Shown piece by piece: positions 10,000 through 20,758 of a DNA stretch of 64,000 bases (position 1 is the stretch's first letter; every line of letters starts with the position of its first letter). A program made the translations under genes and the position numbers. Source of the stretch: an uncultured Bdellovibrionales bacterium (GTDB taxonomy: Bacteria; Patescibacteriota; Minisyncoccia; Moranbacterales; UBA1568); the NCBI GenBank assembly GCA_964624415.1, contig CAZUWR010000001.1, positions 180,256-244,255 on the forward strand. Reading direction: 5' to 3'. The notes beneath the pieces are model-generated. The model was not told where the DNA came from. It did no database searches and was given only the letters and a program-made list of their open reading frames with translations.

Positions 10000-12270
10000 A
10001 TGGAGAAACTCTTTCAAACCACGGAAAACAAGATTCTTGCTTTTTTGTCAATAGGTCTCTCGATCAACACTCTGTTCTTTATAGCTCGTGAAGTGAAATC
10101 CCTCAATTTTCTCATCATCACCCAAAACACCACCATTTTTTACTTCATCTACCTCGCGCTCGGCATCTGTCTTGCTGGGACTTTTTTCTTTTACGCAACC
10201 GGATTCCATTTCCGTGAATGGTACGCCAAAAAACTCCTCATTTTTTTTCCAACCGCCTTTCTGCTCGGATTCGCATTGATACAATCCAGACACTTCCACT
10301 ATATTTTTCAAATATCCGAAGGATTATACATTCTCGCGGTCGGATTCTTTCTCGTCGATCTGCATCACAGACGTGCACAGACATCCGACAAAACGCCTCG
10401 CCTTTCCGGCAAGCAATGGTTTGCCCTCCAAACCAAGCCTTTCCTCGCTATCCTCGCGCTGCTCGTCGTCATCAATCTTGGCTTCGGCACGTATCGTATC
10501 GCGCAATTCGCCGCTGTCGACGAAGCCCTTTGGACATTCGGCGGACGCATCAGCAAGTACTGGACCAATATCGCCGATCGCGACTGGAACGGAACACGAG
10601 TAAGCGACAAGCCGGGCGTAACAGTCTCCATCATCTCCGGCACAGGACTGCTTTTCGAAACACCTAAGAATTACAAACCAATCAAGTGGGAAGGCAGCAC
10701 CTATCACCCGAAAAACGACATTCAAAAACTCAACTTCGCGCTGCGTTTCCCTATCCTGCTCTTCACAGTGCTAATGCTTCCGGTATTTTACTTTTTCCTC
10801 GAGCGGCTCTTGGGATCCAAAAAAGCGCTCGTCTCCACCATTCTGATCGGCACCTCGCCCATTCTCCTGGGTATGGCGCGTATCATCAATCCCGATTCTT
10901 TACTGTGGGTTTTCGCGCCGCTCGCCATCGTCAGCTACCTGGTCTTTCTCAAACGCAAAGTCTTTGCCTATCTGTACTGGTCTGGCATATTCCTCGGGCT
11001 GGCGCTCCTCACTAAATACGTCGCCAATATCATCTTCGTTTTTTTCTTCGGTCTTATCTTCCTCGAATACATCCTGATGAGCAAAGAAGACCGGCAAACT
11101 ATCGACTTCATCAGATACATCAAAAAATCATTCGTCCACTACCTGATCCTGACCTTCATCGCCCTGGCCGTCTTTTACATCCTCTACCCGGCCGTGTGGG
11201 TCAAACCGACGCGCCTGCTCGATGCCACACTCCTCAGTCAGGCTTTCAAAAGCACCTGGCCACTCTTTATCGGTATCATCTCATTTGTCTTCGTCGATCA
11301 GTGGGCGATGAAAAACAGTATTACCAAAGCCATACTCGATGCGATTGCCGACAAAAAACACTGGCTCATCGCCAGTATCGCCAGCATATTCCTCCTTTCC
11401 GTTCTCTTTGTCTATCTCAATACCATCACCGGTATGCATTGGTATGACTTCGAGGATATGCTCGCTTCGCCAAAATCCGCCTACGCCTTCACGGGATTTC
11501 TGGGCATTTTCTTGGGTAATTTCTATCCTCTTCTCTTCGGCATCCATCCTCTCGCTTTCATCGCCCTCGTTATTTTCGCTATCTTCCTCACCCGCCATGC
11601 CAAAGCAACTTCCTTCACCTATCAATCGGGATTCTACTTCATTGCCTTCATCCTCCTCTACTACCTCGGCACCACCGTCAATCACGTCGCCACCATTTCG
11701 CGCTACCAGATTATGCTCTTCCCGATTATTCTCATCATCGCCGGCATCGCCCTCACCGTCGCGCTCGAAATCCTGCTCGCCAAAAAACCTCGTGTGCCTT
11801 TCGGTGCCGGAGCCTCTGCGGTACTGCTCATCGCTACGATGTCGCTCTGGCTTGCTACACCACTCTACAGCGGCTATGCTTCTGTATTACTCCCAAATAC
11901 CTATCATACCGATATCAAGGACATGGGTGACGGAAGCTACGAAGCAGCCGCCTTCCTCAATACCTTACCCGATGCCGAGCATATCACCATCTGGTCGGAC
12001 AAGAACGGCGTCTGTACTTTCTTCGTCGGCAATTGTTACAGCAGCTTCAATTACAACAACCTCATCACCAAAAACATCCAGTACGTGGTAGTCTCCTCCG
12101 GCCGCCAAAGCCGCACCACCAAAATGGTGCAAGGCTCGGTCGCCAACCTCAAACCCAATGTCATCCGCTTCGACCGCTACTACGATCAAACCGAAAATCT
12201 CTCCTGGTCGATCGCCATCGACGGCCGCCCGGGAAACTTCGTGAAGGTGATCCCTTTCGTCAAGGAATAG
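10000..12270 (+). CDS. GT-C glycosyltransferase, ArnT/PMT-like family (paralog 3)
   Basis: 756 aa with about 13 TM helices, the loop motif AAVDEALWTFGGR and a C-terminal soluble domain. Confidence 0.6.
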   Translation: MEKLFQTTENKILAFLSIGLSINTLFFIAREVKSLNFLIITQNTTIFYFIYLALGICLAGTFFFYATGFHFREWYAKKLLIFFPTAFLLGFALIQSRHFHYIFQISEGLYILAVGFFLVDLHHRRAQTSDKTPRLSGKQWFALQTKPFLAILALLVVINLGFGTYRIAQFAAVDEALWTFGGRISKYWTNIADRDWNGTRVSDKPGVTVSIISGTGLLFETPKNYKPIKWEGSTYHPKNDIQKLNFALRFPILLFTVLMLPVFYFFLERLLGSKKALVSTILIGTSPILLGMARIINPDSLLWVFAPLAIVSYLVFLKRKVFAYLYWSGIFLGLALLTKYVANIIFVFFFGLIFLEYILMSKEDRQTIDFIRYIKKSFVHYLILTFIALAVFYILYPAVWVKPTRLLDATLLSQAFKSTWPLFIGIISFVFVDQWAMKNSITKAILDAIADKKHWLIASIASIFLLSVLFVYLNTITGMHWYDFEDMLASPKSAYAFTGFLGIFLGNFYPLLFGIHPLAFIALVIFAIFLTRHAKATSFTYQSGFYFIAFILLYYLGTTVNHVATISRYQIMLFPIILIIAGIALTVALEILLAKKPRVPFGAGASAVLLIATMSLWLATPLYSGYASVLLPNTYHTDIKDMGDGSYEAAAFLNTLPDAEHITIWSDKNGVCTFFVGNCYSSFNYNNLITKNIQYVVVSSGRQSRTTKMVQGSVANLKPNVIRFDRYYDQTENLSWSIAIDGRPGNFVKVIPFVKE

Positions 12271-12290
12271 AGCATTTTACAATGAATATA

Positions 12291-12327
12291 AAAAACCCGC
12301 GAACATAAGGATGTCGCGGGTTTTTAA
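12291..12327. terminator. Rho-independent terminator between convergent genes
   Basis: aaaaaCCCGCGAACAtaaggaTGTCGCGGGttttt. Confidence 0.65.
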
Positions 12328-12347
12328 TTTTCTTTTTTCTCAAAAGC

Positions 12348-12869
12348 CTACTGAAAGTAGTCAAACTTTTTCAGGAAATCCTTATAACTCTCAAGGGTTT
12401 TCTTGGTCTGCTCAAGGTCTGGATGAAAGTCCTGCTCTTGAATGATACGATTGCGGATCTGATGGGCTTCGGAAAGCATCGCAGCATCGTCGGGCTGTGC
12501 GGCGCCGAGCTTCTCGATCTTTTGCGCCATATTCGCTCCCCCATTATACCCGACATCTTTCAAGATACCCTCCACAATGGCGTCCGCTTCCAGGATCGCT
12601 ACTTTATATTCCGAGAGGCTACCGCTACGCAACCTTTCTTCAATCTTGGACCACTGTTTGTCCATAGCCGATTTGGAAAGCGAGGGCACGTATTCGGATC
12701 CGAATTTACGCTGTTTCCTAAACTCGCTCACATCATGAAGGGAAAACAATAAAATCAGATCGAGAATCAGCACGACGCTATAGATGCCGAAAAATATCTT
12801 GATTGCCAAGAAAAAATACGATTGCGAAAACGCTTCATAGGCGGATTGGATGATGGTCAATTGATCCAT
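12348..12869 (-). CDS. Hypothetical membrane protein with one N-terminal TM helix and a helical cytoplasmic domain
   Basis: 173 aa. Hydrophobic segment FFLAIKIFFGIYSVVLILDLILLF. No confident family assignment. Confidence 0.4.
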   Translation of the reverse strand: MDQLTIIQSAYEAFSQSYFFLAIKIFFGIYSVVLILDLILLFSLHDVSEFRKQRKFGSEYVPSLSKSAMDKQWSKIEERLRSGSLSEYKVAILEADAIVEGILKDVGYNGGANMAQKIEKLGAAQPDDAAMLSEAHQIRNRIIQEQDFHPDLEQTKKTLESYKDFLKKFDYFQ

Positions 12870-13098
12870 AAGGGTCTCTATTTTATTGAATGAGAGGTGC
12901 GATAGAATGATTTTTGAAGAAACAAATTGTTTGAGACGACTTTTTACGCTCTAAAAATAGCCATTGATTGTGTGCAGTGAGGGATATTTTTAGCAAGCGT
13001 AAAAGGTCGGTGAGTCTTGTTTCAAGAAAATCGTCTATCGCATCTCTCATAAACATACTTTTCATAAGTATCATTTTCTCTTTCAAGAAACGTTTCTC

Positions 13099-14544
13099 TT
13101 ACTCTCCCTTTTCGAAAGCATCGGCGGCGCACAGGAGCGTCTCCTCATCGAACCACTTCGCCATCAGATGACCGCCGAGCGGCAAATTCTTGCCATCCTC
13201 GGTGAGCGTGCCCATCGGGAAAGATACAGCCGGGACACCAACCAAATTGGCCGTAATGGTATAGATATCGCCCAGATACATCTTGAGCGGATCATCGGTC
13301 TTCTCCCCAATCTTGAAAGCGACTTCCGGTGCGGTCGGTGAAAAAATAAGATCGACTTGCTCAAAGGCCTTTTCGAAATCATGTCGCAACAGCGAGCGGA
13401 CTTTCTGCGCCTTGATATAGAAAGCATCGTAGTAGCCGGCACTGAGGATATACGTCCCGAGCATAATACGGCGCTTCACTTCCTCGCCGAATCCGAAACG
13501 TCGCGTGTCCAGATAGGTTTCGAGCAATGTCGTGGTATGTTCAAAAGAATCTTCCTCGTCATTGATACGCAGGCCATACTTCACACCGTCGAATCGTGCC
13601 AGATTGGAGCTCACCTCGGCCGGCATAGCGATGTAATAGGCCGGGAGGGCGTACTTGCTGTTGGGTAAACTGATAGAGATGATTTCCGCACCCAGTCTTT
13701 TGAACTTTTCAATAGCCTCATCGGCCACCTTTTTAATACGCGGATCCAACGCTTCCGAAAAATATTCCTGCGGGATACCGATTTTCAAACCCTTAATATC
13801 ACCGGTCAGGAAGCTTTCATAGGGCTTATGCGCTCCCTCGGCGGTTGTGGCATCCATCGGGTCTTCACCCGCAATACACGAAAGTACCAAAGCGACATCC
13901 TCGACGGTTTTGCCGAAAGGTCCGATCTGATCGAGGCTCGAAGCCATCGCCATCGCGCCATAGCGAGAAACGCGTCCATAGGTCGGCTTGAGTCCTACCA
14001 GTCCGCAAAACGCGGCTGGCTGGCGGATCGATCCGCCCGTATCCGTCCCCAAGGAAAATACCGCTTCATCGGAAGCGACAGCCGCCGCCGATCCGCCCGA
14101 CGACCCTCCGGGAACACGCGCGGTATCGACCGGGTTTTTGGTCACCTTGTAGGCGCTGGTTTCGGTCGAAGAACCCATGGCAAATTCATCCATATTAGTC
14201 TTGCCGATCATCACCGCTCCCGCTTCTTTGAGTTTTTTGATCACTGTCGCATCATAGGGCGCGATGTAGTTGTCTAGGATTTTCGAACCGGCAGTAGCGC
14301 GTACGCCCTCGACACAGATATTGTCCTTGATAGCGCACGGGATACCCTCGAGCATACCGATCTTCTCGCCGTTCTTGATTTTTTCATCCACGACTCGGGC
14401 TTGCGCCAAGGCAGACTCTTTGGTCAGTGTCAGATAGGCTCCAATTTCTGCGTCCTGCTTTTCGATACGCGCAAAATAGCCTTCCGTCAACGCGACCGAA
14501 GTGATTTCACCGTCTACGAGTTTTTTGTGTAATTCTTTGATCAT
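13099..14544 (-). CDS. gatA: Glutamyl-tRNA(Gln)/Asp-tRNA(Asn) amidotransferase subunit A
   Basis: 481 aa. It has the amidase signature GGSSGGSAAAVA and a typical GatA N-terminus. It lies immediately downstream of gatC. Confidence 0.9.
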   Translation of the reverse strand: MIKELHKKLVDGEITSVALTEGYFARIEKQDAEIGAYLTLTKESALAQARVVDEKIKNGEKIGMLEGIPCAIKDNICVEGVRATAGSKILDNYIAPYDATVIKKLKEAGAVMIGKTNMDEFAMGSSTETSAYKVTKNPVDTARVPGGSSGGSAAAVASDEAVFSLGTDTGGSIRQPAAFCGLVGLKPTYGRVSRYGAMAMASSLDQIGPFGKTVEDVALVLSCIAGEDPMDATTAEGAHKPYESFLTGDIKGLKIGIPQEYFSEALDPRIKKVADEAIEKFKRLGAEIISISLPNSKYALPAYYIAMPAEVSSNLARFDGVKYGLRINDEEDSFEHTTTLLETYLDTRRFGFGEEVKRRIMLGTYILSAGYYDAFYIKAQKVRSLLRHDFEKAFEQVDLIFSPTAPEVAFKIGEKTDDPLKMYLGDIYTITANLVGVPAVSFPMGTLTEDGKNLPLGGHLMAKWFDEETLLCAADAFEKGE

Positions 14545-14548
14545 ACGT

Positions 14549-14836
14549 TTAAAATACGGACTTTACCTTCACATACCCATCTTTTGTTTCCGGCACATTC
14601 GCCATAATCGCTTCTGTTTGCTGCAGAGCGCCTTCTTTCACGCGGTCGCTTCGCATACCGTTTTCGCGACCGATAATTTGCCTCGGCACAGAGACCTGAC
14701 TCACATCCGCTGTTTCCAATTCCTTGAAAAAATCCAAAACGCCCGAAAGGTCTTTTTGGTATTTTTCCACTTCAGCATCCTTCACGCCGATGCGCGCGAG
14801 CAAAGCGATGTGTTTGACTTCTTCTTTTGAAAGCAT
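14549..14836 (-). CDS. gatC: Amidotransferase subunit C
   Basis: MLSKEEVKHIALLARIGVKDAEVEKYQKDLSGVLDFFKELE is the canonical GatC sequence. The true start is the internal Met at 14836; the ORF track extends upstream to 14935. Confidence 0.8.
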   Translation of the reverse strand: MLSKEEVKHIALLARIGVKDAEVEKYQKDLSGVLDFFKELETADVSQVSVPRQIIGRENGMRSDRVKEGALQQTEAIMANVPETKDGYVKVKSVF

Positions 14837-14941
14837 ATGATTGTATTCTACTGTTCGGATATATGTCGTATACGAGAATCTATTATGAGTATTTCTTATG
14901 AAAAAATACTTTTCTGATAAGAAATATCCCCGCAAGAGCTG

Positions 14942-17050
<2,109 letters not shown>

Positions 17051-17069
17051 TCAGTATATCACACGAAAT

Positions 17070-18248
17070 CTACCCCCGAAAATGGCGGATGATGTCTTGT
17101 GCGGGTTTTTGCCAGTTGAGTTCTTTGGCTCTCGCGAGGCCTCTTTGGCTGAGGGTGGCGTGGAGGTTTTTGTGAAGCAGGACTTCCTGTATCGCGTGGA
17201 AGAGGTCGTCGGGCTGATAGGGATCGATGAGGATACCGGCGCCACCGATCACTTCCGGAAATGACGAGGTGAGCGACGCGATAACCGGGACGCCGGACGC
17301 CATCGCCTCCACGGGCGGCAGTCCGAAGCCTTCGAAAAAGGACGGGTACACGAAAAGACTGGCGAGGTTGTACAGCGCGGATTTGTCGTTATCGTCCACG
17401 AAGTCGGTCACGATGATACTGTCGCGATACGGTGACTCCGCGATTTCCCAAAATATTTCCTCGCATTTCCACCCGCACACGCCGGCGATGACCAGCGCGT
17501 ACTTGCATAGTTCCGGATCGCCCGTCGCCTGGAGCTGATTGTAGGCGCGGATGATGGCCACGATGTTTTTGCGCGGTTCGATAGTGCCTAGGTACAGTAT
17601 GAAGCGATACGGCAATCGGTACTTGTCCTTGACCGCGACCAGTTCCGGGCTGTTGCGGTTCATCATGATGAATTTGCTCGACACGCCACTGAGCGTCGCT
17701 GTGACTTTTTTGGCGGGTATGCGATAGAACGAGACGATATCGGTCTTGGTGGATTCGGAGACGGCGAAGATATGATGCGCGCGTCGGCAGAGGCTGCGGA
17801 AATTGACCAGCGTGTGCCACAGTCGTCGCTTCCAAGAAAACATTTCCGGGTAGCGCTCGAAGGACAAATCGTGCGCCGTGACGAACAGCTTCGTGCGTTT
17901 GGAGACGGCGACGAAGTTCATATTGGGCATAAAGAAGACGTCCGTGCCGCCGAGCATCGTGTCCAGGTGTGGCCAGCGGAAATACCACAGGCACACGTTG
18001 AGGAGCTTGTTCGGGATGCGGAAGCGCTTGACGGAGACATTGGGATAGGACTTCACCCATTCCAGGTCGATGTCGGTGTCGTGGTAGATGTTGAGAAACA
18101 GGATGTAGGTGTTCTCACGGTCGCGCACGAACATATTTTCCAAGAGCTGCACCGTATATTCTTCCACGCCGGTATGTTTGCCGGCCGCGAGGCATCGTAT
18201 GTCGATTCCGATTTTCATAGTCGTGCTTTCAATACTGAAATACTGCAA
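17070..18248 (-). CDS. Glycosyltransferase family 4 (GT-B fold)
   Basis: 392 aa. The C-terminal GT4 motif is EGFGLPPVEAMASGVPVIAS. Confidence 0.75.
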   Translation of the reverse strand: MQYFSIESTTMKIGIDIRCLAAGKHTGVEEYTVQLLENMFVRDRENTYILFLNIYHDTDIDLEWVKSYPNVSVKRFRIPNKLLNVCLWYFRWPHLDTMLGGTDVFFMPNMNFVAVSKRTKLFVTAHDLSFERYPEMFSWKRRLWHTLVNFRSLCRRAHHIFAVSESTKTDIVSFYRIPAKKVTATLSGVSSKFIMMNRNSPELVAVKDKYRLPYRFILYLGTIEPRKNIVAIIRAYNQLQATGDPELCKYALVIAGVCGWKCEEIFWEIAESPYRDSIIVTDFVDDNDKSALYNLASLFVYPSFFEGFGLPPVEAMASGVPVIASLTSSFPEVIGGAGILIDPYQPDDLFHAIQEVLLHKNLHATLSQRGLARAKELNWQKPAQDIIRHFRG

Positions 18249-18402
18249 GGTTCTTCGCTTTATTCTCGATGGATTTTTAATGATTTTCTTGTTGCAAAAG
18301 ATTCTTTGAGAGTTTTCTTATGCAAAAGAATTTTTCAAGACCACTTGCGTACTCGCACTGGTCGGAAAAATTACTTTTGCAATAAGAAAACCCACTCGGA
18401 TC

Positions 18403-19038
18403 CTAGTTCTCTTTTTGAACAGATGTAAAATAGTGTCGCACAAGCACCGTCCAAAAACCCAGGAAAATGCCGAGTGCCAAGGCGATAGCGACGGTCACGG
18501 CGAGACTGATTTTCCCGTCGATCGCGACCGGCTCATCCCCCACCACCACAAACCACGAGACTTCCTGTTGATCCTTGTTGAGAGTATCCGTCTCTTCATT
18601 GACTCGCTTGATCAGCGATCGTGCGATAGCCCGCGCTTCGGTCGTACCGGTTGCCTTGTAGGTCACCTGTATCATCTGCGAGGAAAGTCGCTCGGCTTTG
18701 AAGGCGCGAAATCGTTCATCGCCCATGCGCAATCTTTCCGCATCCTGCGAATCAGAGGTAATCCATGCGTAAATATCCTCCACGATACGTGGAGAGCTCA
18801 GCCAACGCACCACCGTGTCCGCGAAACGCTCATCCGCTTGCAAACGATAGAAATCGTGATACTGATAGTCAGTCGTCTGCTCTGCTCCCGCGCGGGTAAT
18901 ATTGAGCGTCAGGTTACTCACGACAAAGTCCTTCTGCGCGAAATGAAATACGATACCCAAAGCGACACAGACCAACGTCGTCGTCCAAAAAGCGCGCGCG
19001 TGCCGACGAAAAAGATCGATAATGTCTTTGAATTCCAT
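18403..19038 (-). CDS. Wzz-like polysaccharide chain-length determinant protein (tentative)
   Basis: 211 aa. TM helices at both ends flank a hydrophilic domain. It sits inside the glycosyltransferase cluster. Confidence 0.4.
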   Translation of the reverse strand: MEFKDIIDLFRRHARAFWTTTLVCVALGIVFHFAQKDFVVSNLTLNITRAGAEQTTDYQYHDFYRLQADERFADTVVRWLSSPRIVEDIYAWITSDSQDAERLRMGDERFRAFKAERLSSQMIQVTYKATGTTEARAIARSLIKRVNEETDTLNKDQQEVSWFVVVGDEPVAIDGKISLAVTVAIALALGIFLGFWTVLVRHYFTSVQKEN

Positions 19039-19052
19039 AGTAAAATAATATA

Positions 19053-20156
19053 TTACCGCTTTGCCAGATGTTCGCGCAGAGCGTTTTCGATGTATGTCTT
19101 TATTGTAGCCTTAAAGCGCTCTTTGTCAAACGAAAGAGCCTTGTTCCGGATATACTGCGGGTCATAGTCATCATCTTTGAACCGCTTCACCGCCTCGATG
19201 ATAGCTTCCGGTGTCTGGCGCTCAAAAAACATCCCCATCTTCCCCTCTTCCAGATGCTCGGCGATATCCCCGCCGCGATACGCGATCAGAGGGCGACCGG
19301 CTGCCATCGCCTCGATAGCCACGATACCGAAATCTTCTTCCTGTGGAAAGACGAATGCCCGACACTTCGCATAATATTTTGGCAATTCTGCATCGGACAC
19401 GCGACCCAAAAACTCGATATTGGGACCGGCGATTTTCTTGAGGCGCTCAATTTCCAGGCCGCGGCCAATGATCTTGAGCGGAAGACCGAGCTTATTGAAG
19501 GCTTTGATAGCAATGTCGTGACGCTTGTAGGCGATCAATCGGCCCACCATGAGAAAATAGTCCTCCTGCTTGGGTGCGATATGAAAGCGATCCACATTGA
19601 CCGGCGGGTGTATGACTGTCGCTTCTTTGTGATAGTACTTGCGGATACGGCGCGCCACGAAGCGCGAATTGGCCAGGAAATCATCCACACGATCCGCACT
19701 CGCCTTGTCCCACAATCGAATGGGGTTCATAAAAAACGGGACGAATTTGGTTACAAATGCAGGGAAACCAAAATCCTGTGTGTATTTCTGGCAATCATCC
19801 CAAGCATAGCGCATCGGGGTGTGCATATAGCAGATATGGAGAGTTTTGGGTTTGGTAATAATGCCCTTGGCATAGCTGGAAGAATCTGAGAGCACGATAT
19901 CGTACTGCGAAAAGTCGAACTGCTCGATGGCGAGCGGCATCAACGGCGGAAACAAACGATGATTACGGCGTATCCATCCAAAGCGCTGCAGAAACGAGGT
20001 GCGGATATCTTTGTCCGCAAACAATCCCTGCATCGCTTCTTGGTCATAGATAAGCGTGTAAATGGGTGCATACGGAAACAGCTCGGCAAAGACCTCGAGC
20101 ACGCGCTCGGCGCCTCCTCGTTGAACCAGATAGTCATGCACCAGCGCTATTTTCAT
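19053..20156 (-). CDS. Glycosyltransferase family 4
   Basis: 367 aa with a GT-B architecture, containing ...GRPLIAYRGGDIAEHLEEGKMG... Confidence 0.7.
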   Translation of the reverse strand: MKIALVHDYLVQRGGAERVLEVFAELFPYAPIYTLIYDQEAMQGLFADKDIRTSFLQRFGWIRRNHRLFPPLMPLAIEQFDFSQYDIVLSDSSSYAKGIITKPKTLHICYMHTPMRYAWDDCQKYTQDFGFPAFVTKFVPFFMNPIRLWDKASADRVDDFLANSRFVARRIRKYYHKEATVIHPPVNVDRFHIAPKQEDYFLMVGRLIAYKRHDIAIKAFNKLGLPLKIIGRGLEIERLKKIAGPNIEFLGRVSDAELPKYYAKCRAFVFPQEEDFGIVAIEAMAAGRPLIAYRGGDIAEHLEEGKMGMFFERQTPEAIIEAVKRFKDDDYDPQYIRNKALSFDKERFKATIKTYIENALREHLAKR

Positions 20157-20216
20157 AGATTCTTTCCGTAATATTACAAAGTGTTTCCAAGTATTTTTTC
20201 CATCTTGTTTTTTTGG

Positions 20217-20284
20217 CTTTTGTATAGTATTTTTTCTCGCCTTTCGTCTTTGACCCGGCAGTTCAAAAAAACACTATACAAAAG
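20217..20284. repeat. Repeat copy 1: 19-20-bp terminal inverted repeats (cttttgtaNagtatttttt) flanking a 29-nt core ctcgcctttcgtctttgacccggcagttc
   Basis: Read directly. Copy 2 at 48446-48512 has the same inverted repeats and homologous outside flanks, but the core is reverse-complemented. Confidence 0.7.
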
Positions 20285-20346
20285 CAAAAAACGAAAAAGT
20301 TTTAGACAGTTACTTGAAACACTTCTTTCTACCTTTCACTTGTACC

Positions 20347-20700
20347 CTACTTCACCACATCAGTCGTGCGGAAAGCGAGGTGCAAGAACCAGTGCAAAAC
20401 CGACAATGCCAAAGCGCCCAAGAAAGCGGCGCCGAATCCGCTCACCTCAAATCCCTTGACGATGGTCGAAAGAAGCATCAGAAAAAAACCATTGATAACA
20501 AAGGTGAACAGTCCCAGGGTCAGGATATTGACCGGCAGGGTGAGGATGATGAGTAAGGGTTTGAGTGTCACACCGATAATACCCCAAAGCAAAGCGACAA
20601 TCAATGCTGTCCAAAAACTGGCAATGTGGATACCGGGGACGATGTTGGCAATAAGAAGAAAAGCGAGAGCGTTTAGAACCCATTTGGCAAGCATGTACAT
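20347..20700 (-). CDS. Phage-holin family 4 / YvlD-like small membrane protein
   Basis: NALAFLLIANIVPGIHIASFWTALIVALLWGIIGVTLKPLLIILTLPVNILTLGLFTFVINGFFLMLL matches the PF04020 pattern. The likely start is Met-Tyr-Met near 20700; the ORF track over-extends to 20865. Confidence 0.55.
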   Translation of the reverse strand: MYMLAKWVLNALAFLLIANIVPGIHIASFWTALIVALLWGIIGVTLKPLLIILTLPVNILTLGLFTFVINGFFLMLLSTIVKGFEVSGFGAAFLGALALSVLHWFLHLAFRTTDVVK

Positions 20701-20758
20701 ATCAGTATAAAGAAGGATTACTCCTTCAGTATAGCACAAAGCAAGGCAGGAGGAAGCA

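Noticed and set aside
11339-12091. 250-aa Ser/Pro-rich plus-strand ORF in an alternative frame of the third GT-C gene
   Set aside because: It is in the same region and strand as the 756-aa GT-C ORF but in another frame. It is low complexity, whereas the GT-C frame has TM helices and a DEA motif.
17389-19889. Several ORFs of more than 200 aa (17389..18060 minus; 17772..18428, 18415..19167 and 19068..19889 plus)
   Set aside because: They overlap GT4 and Wzz-like genes in alternative frames or on the opposite strand. They are Arg/His-rich with no motifs.
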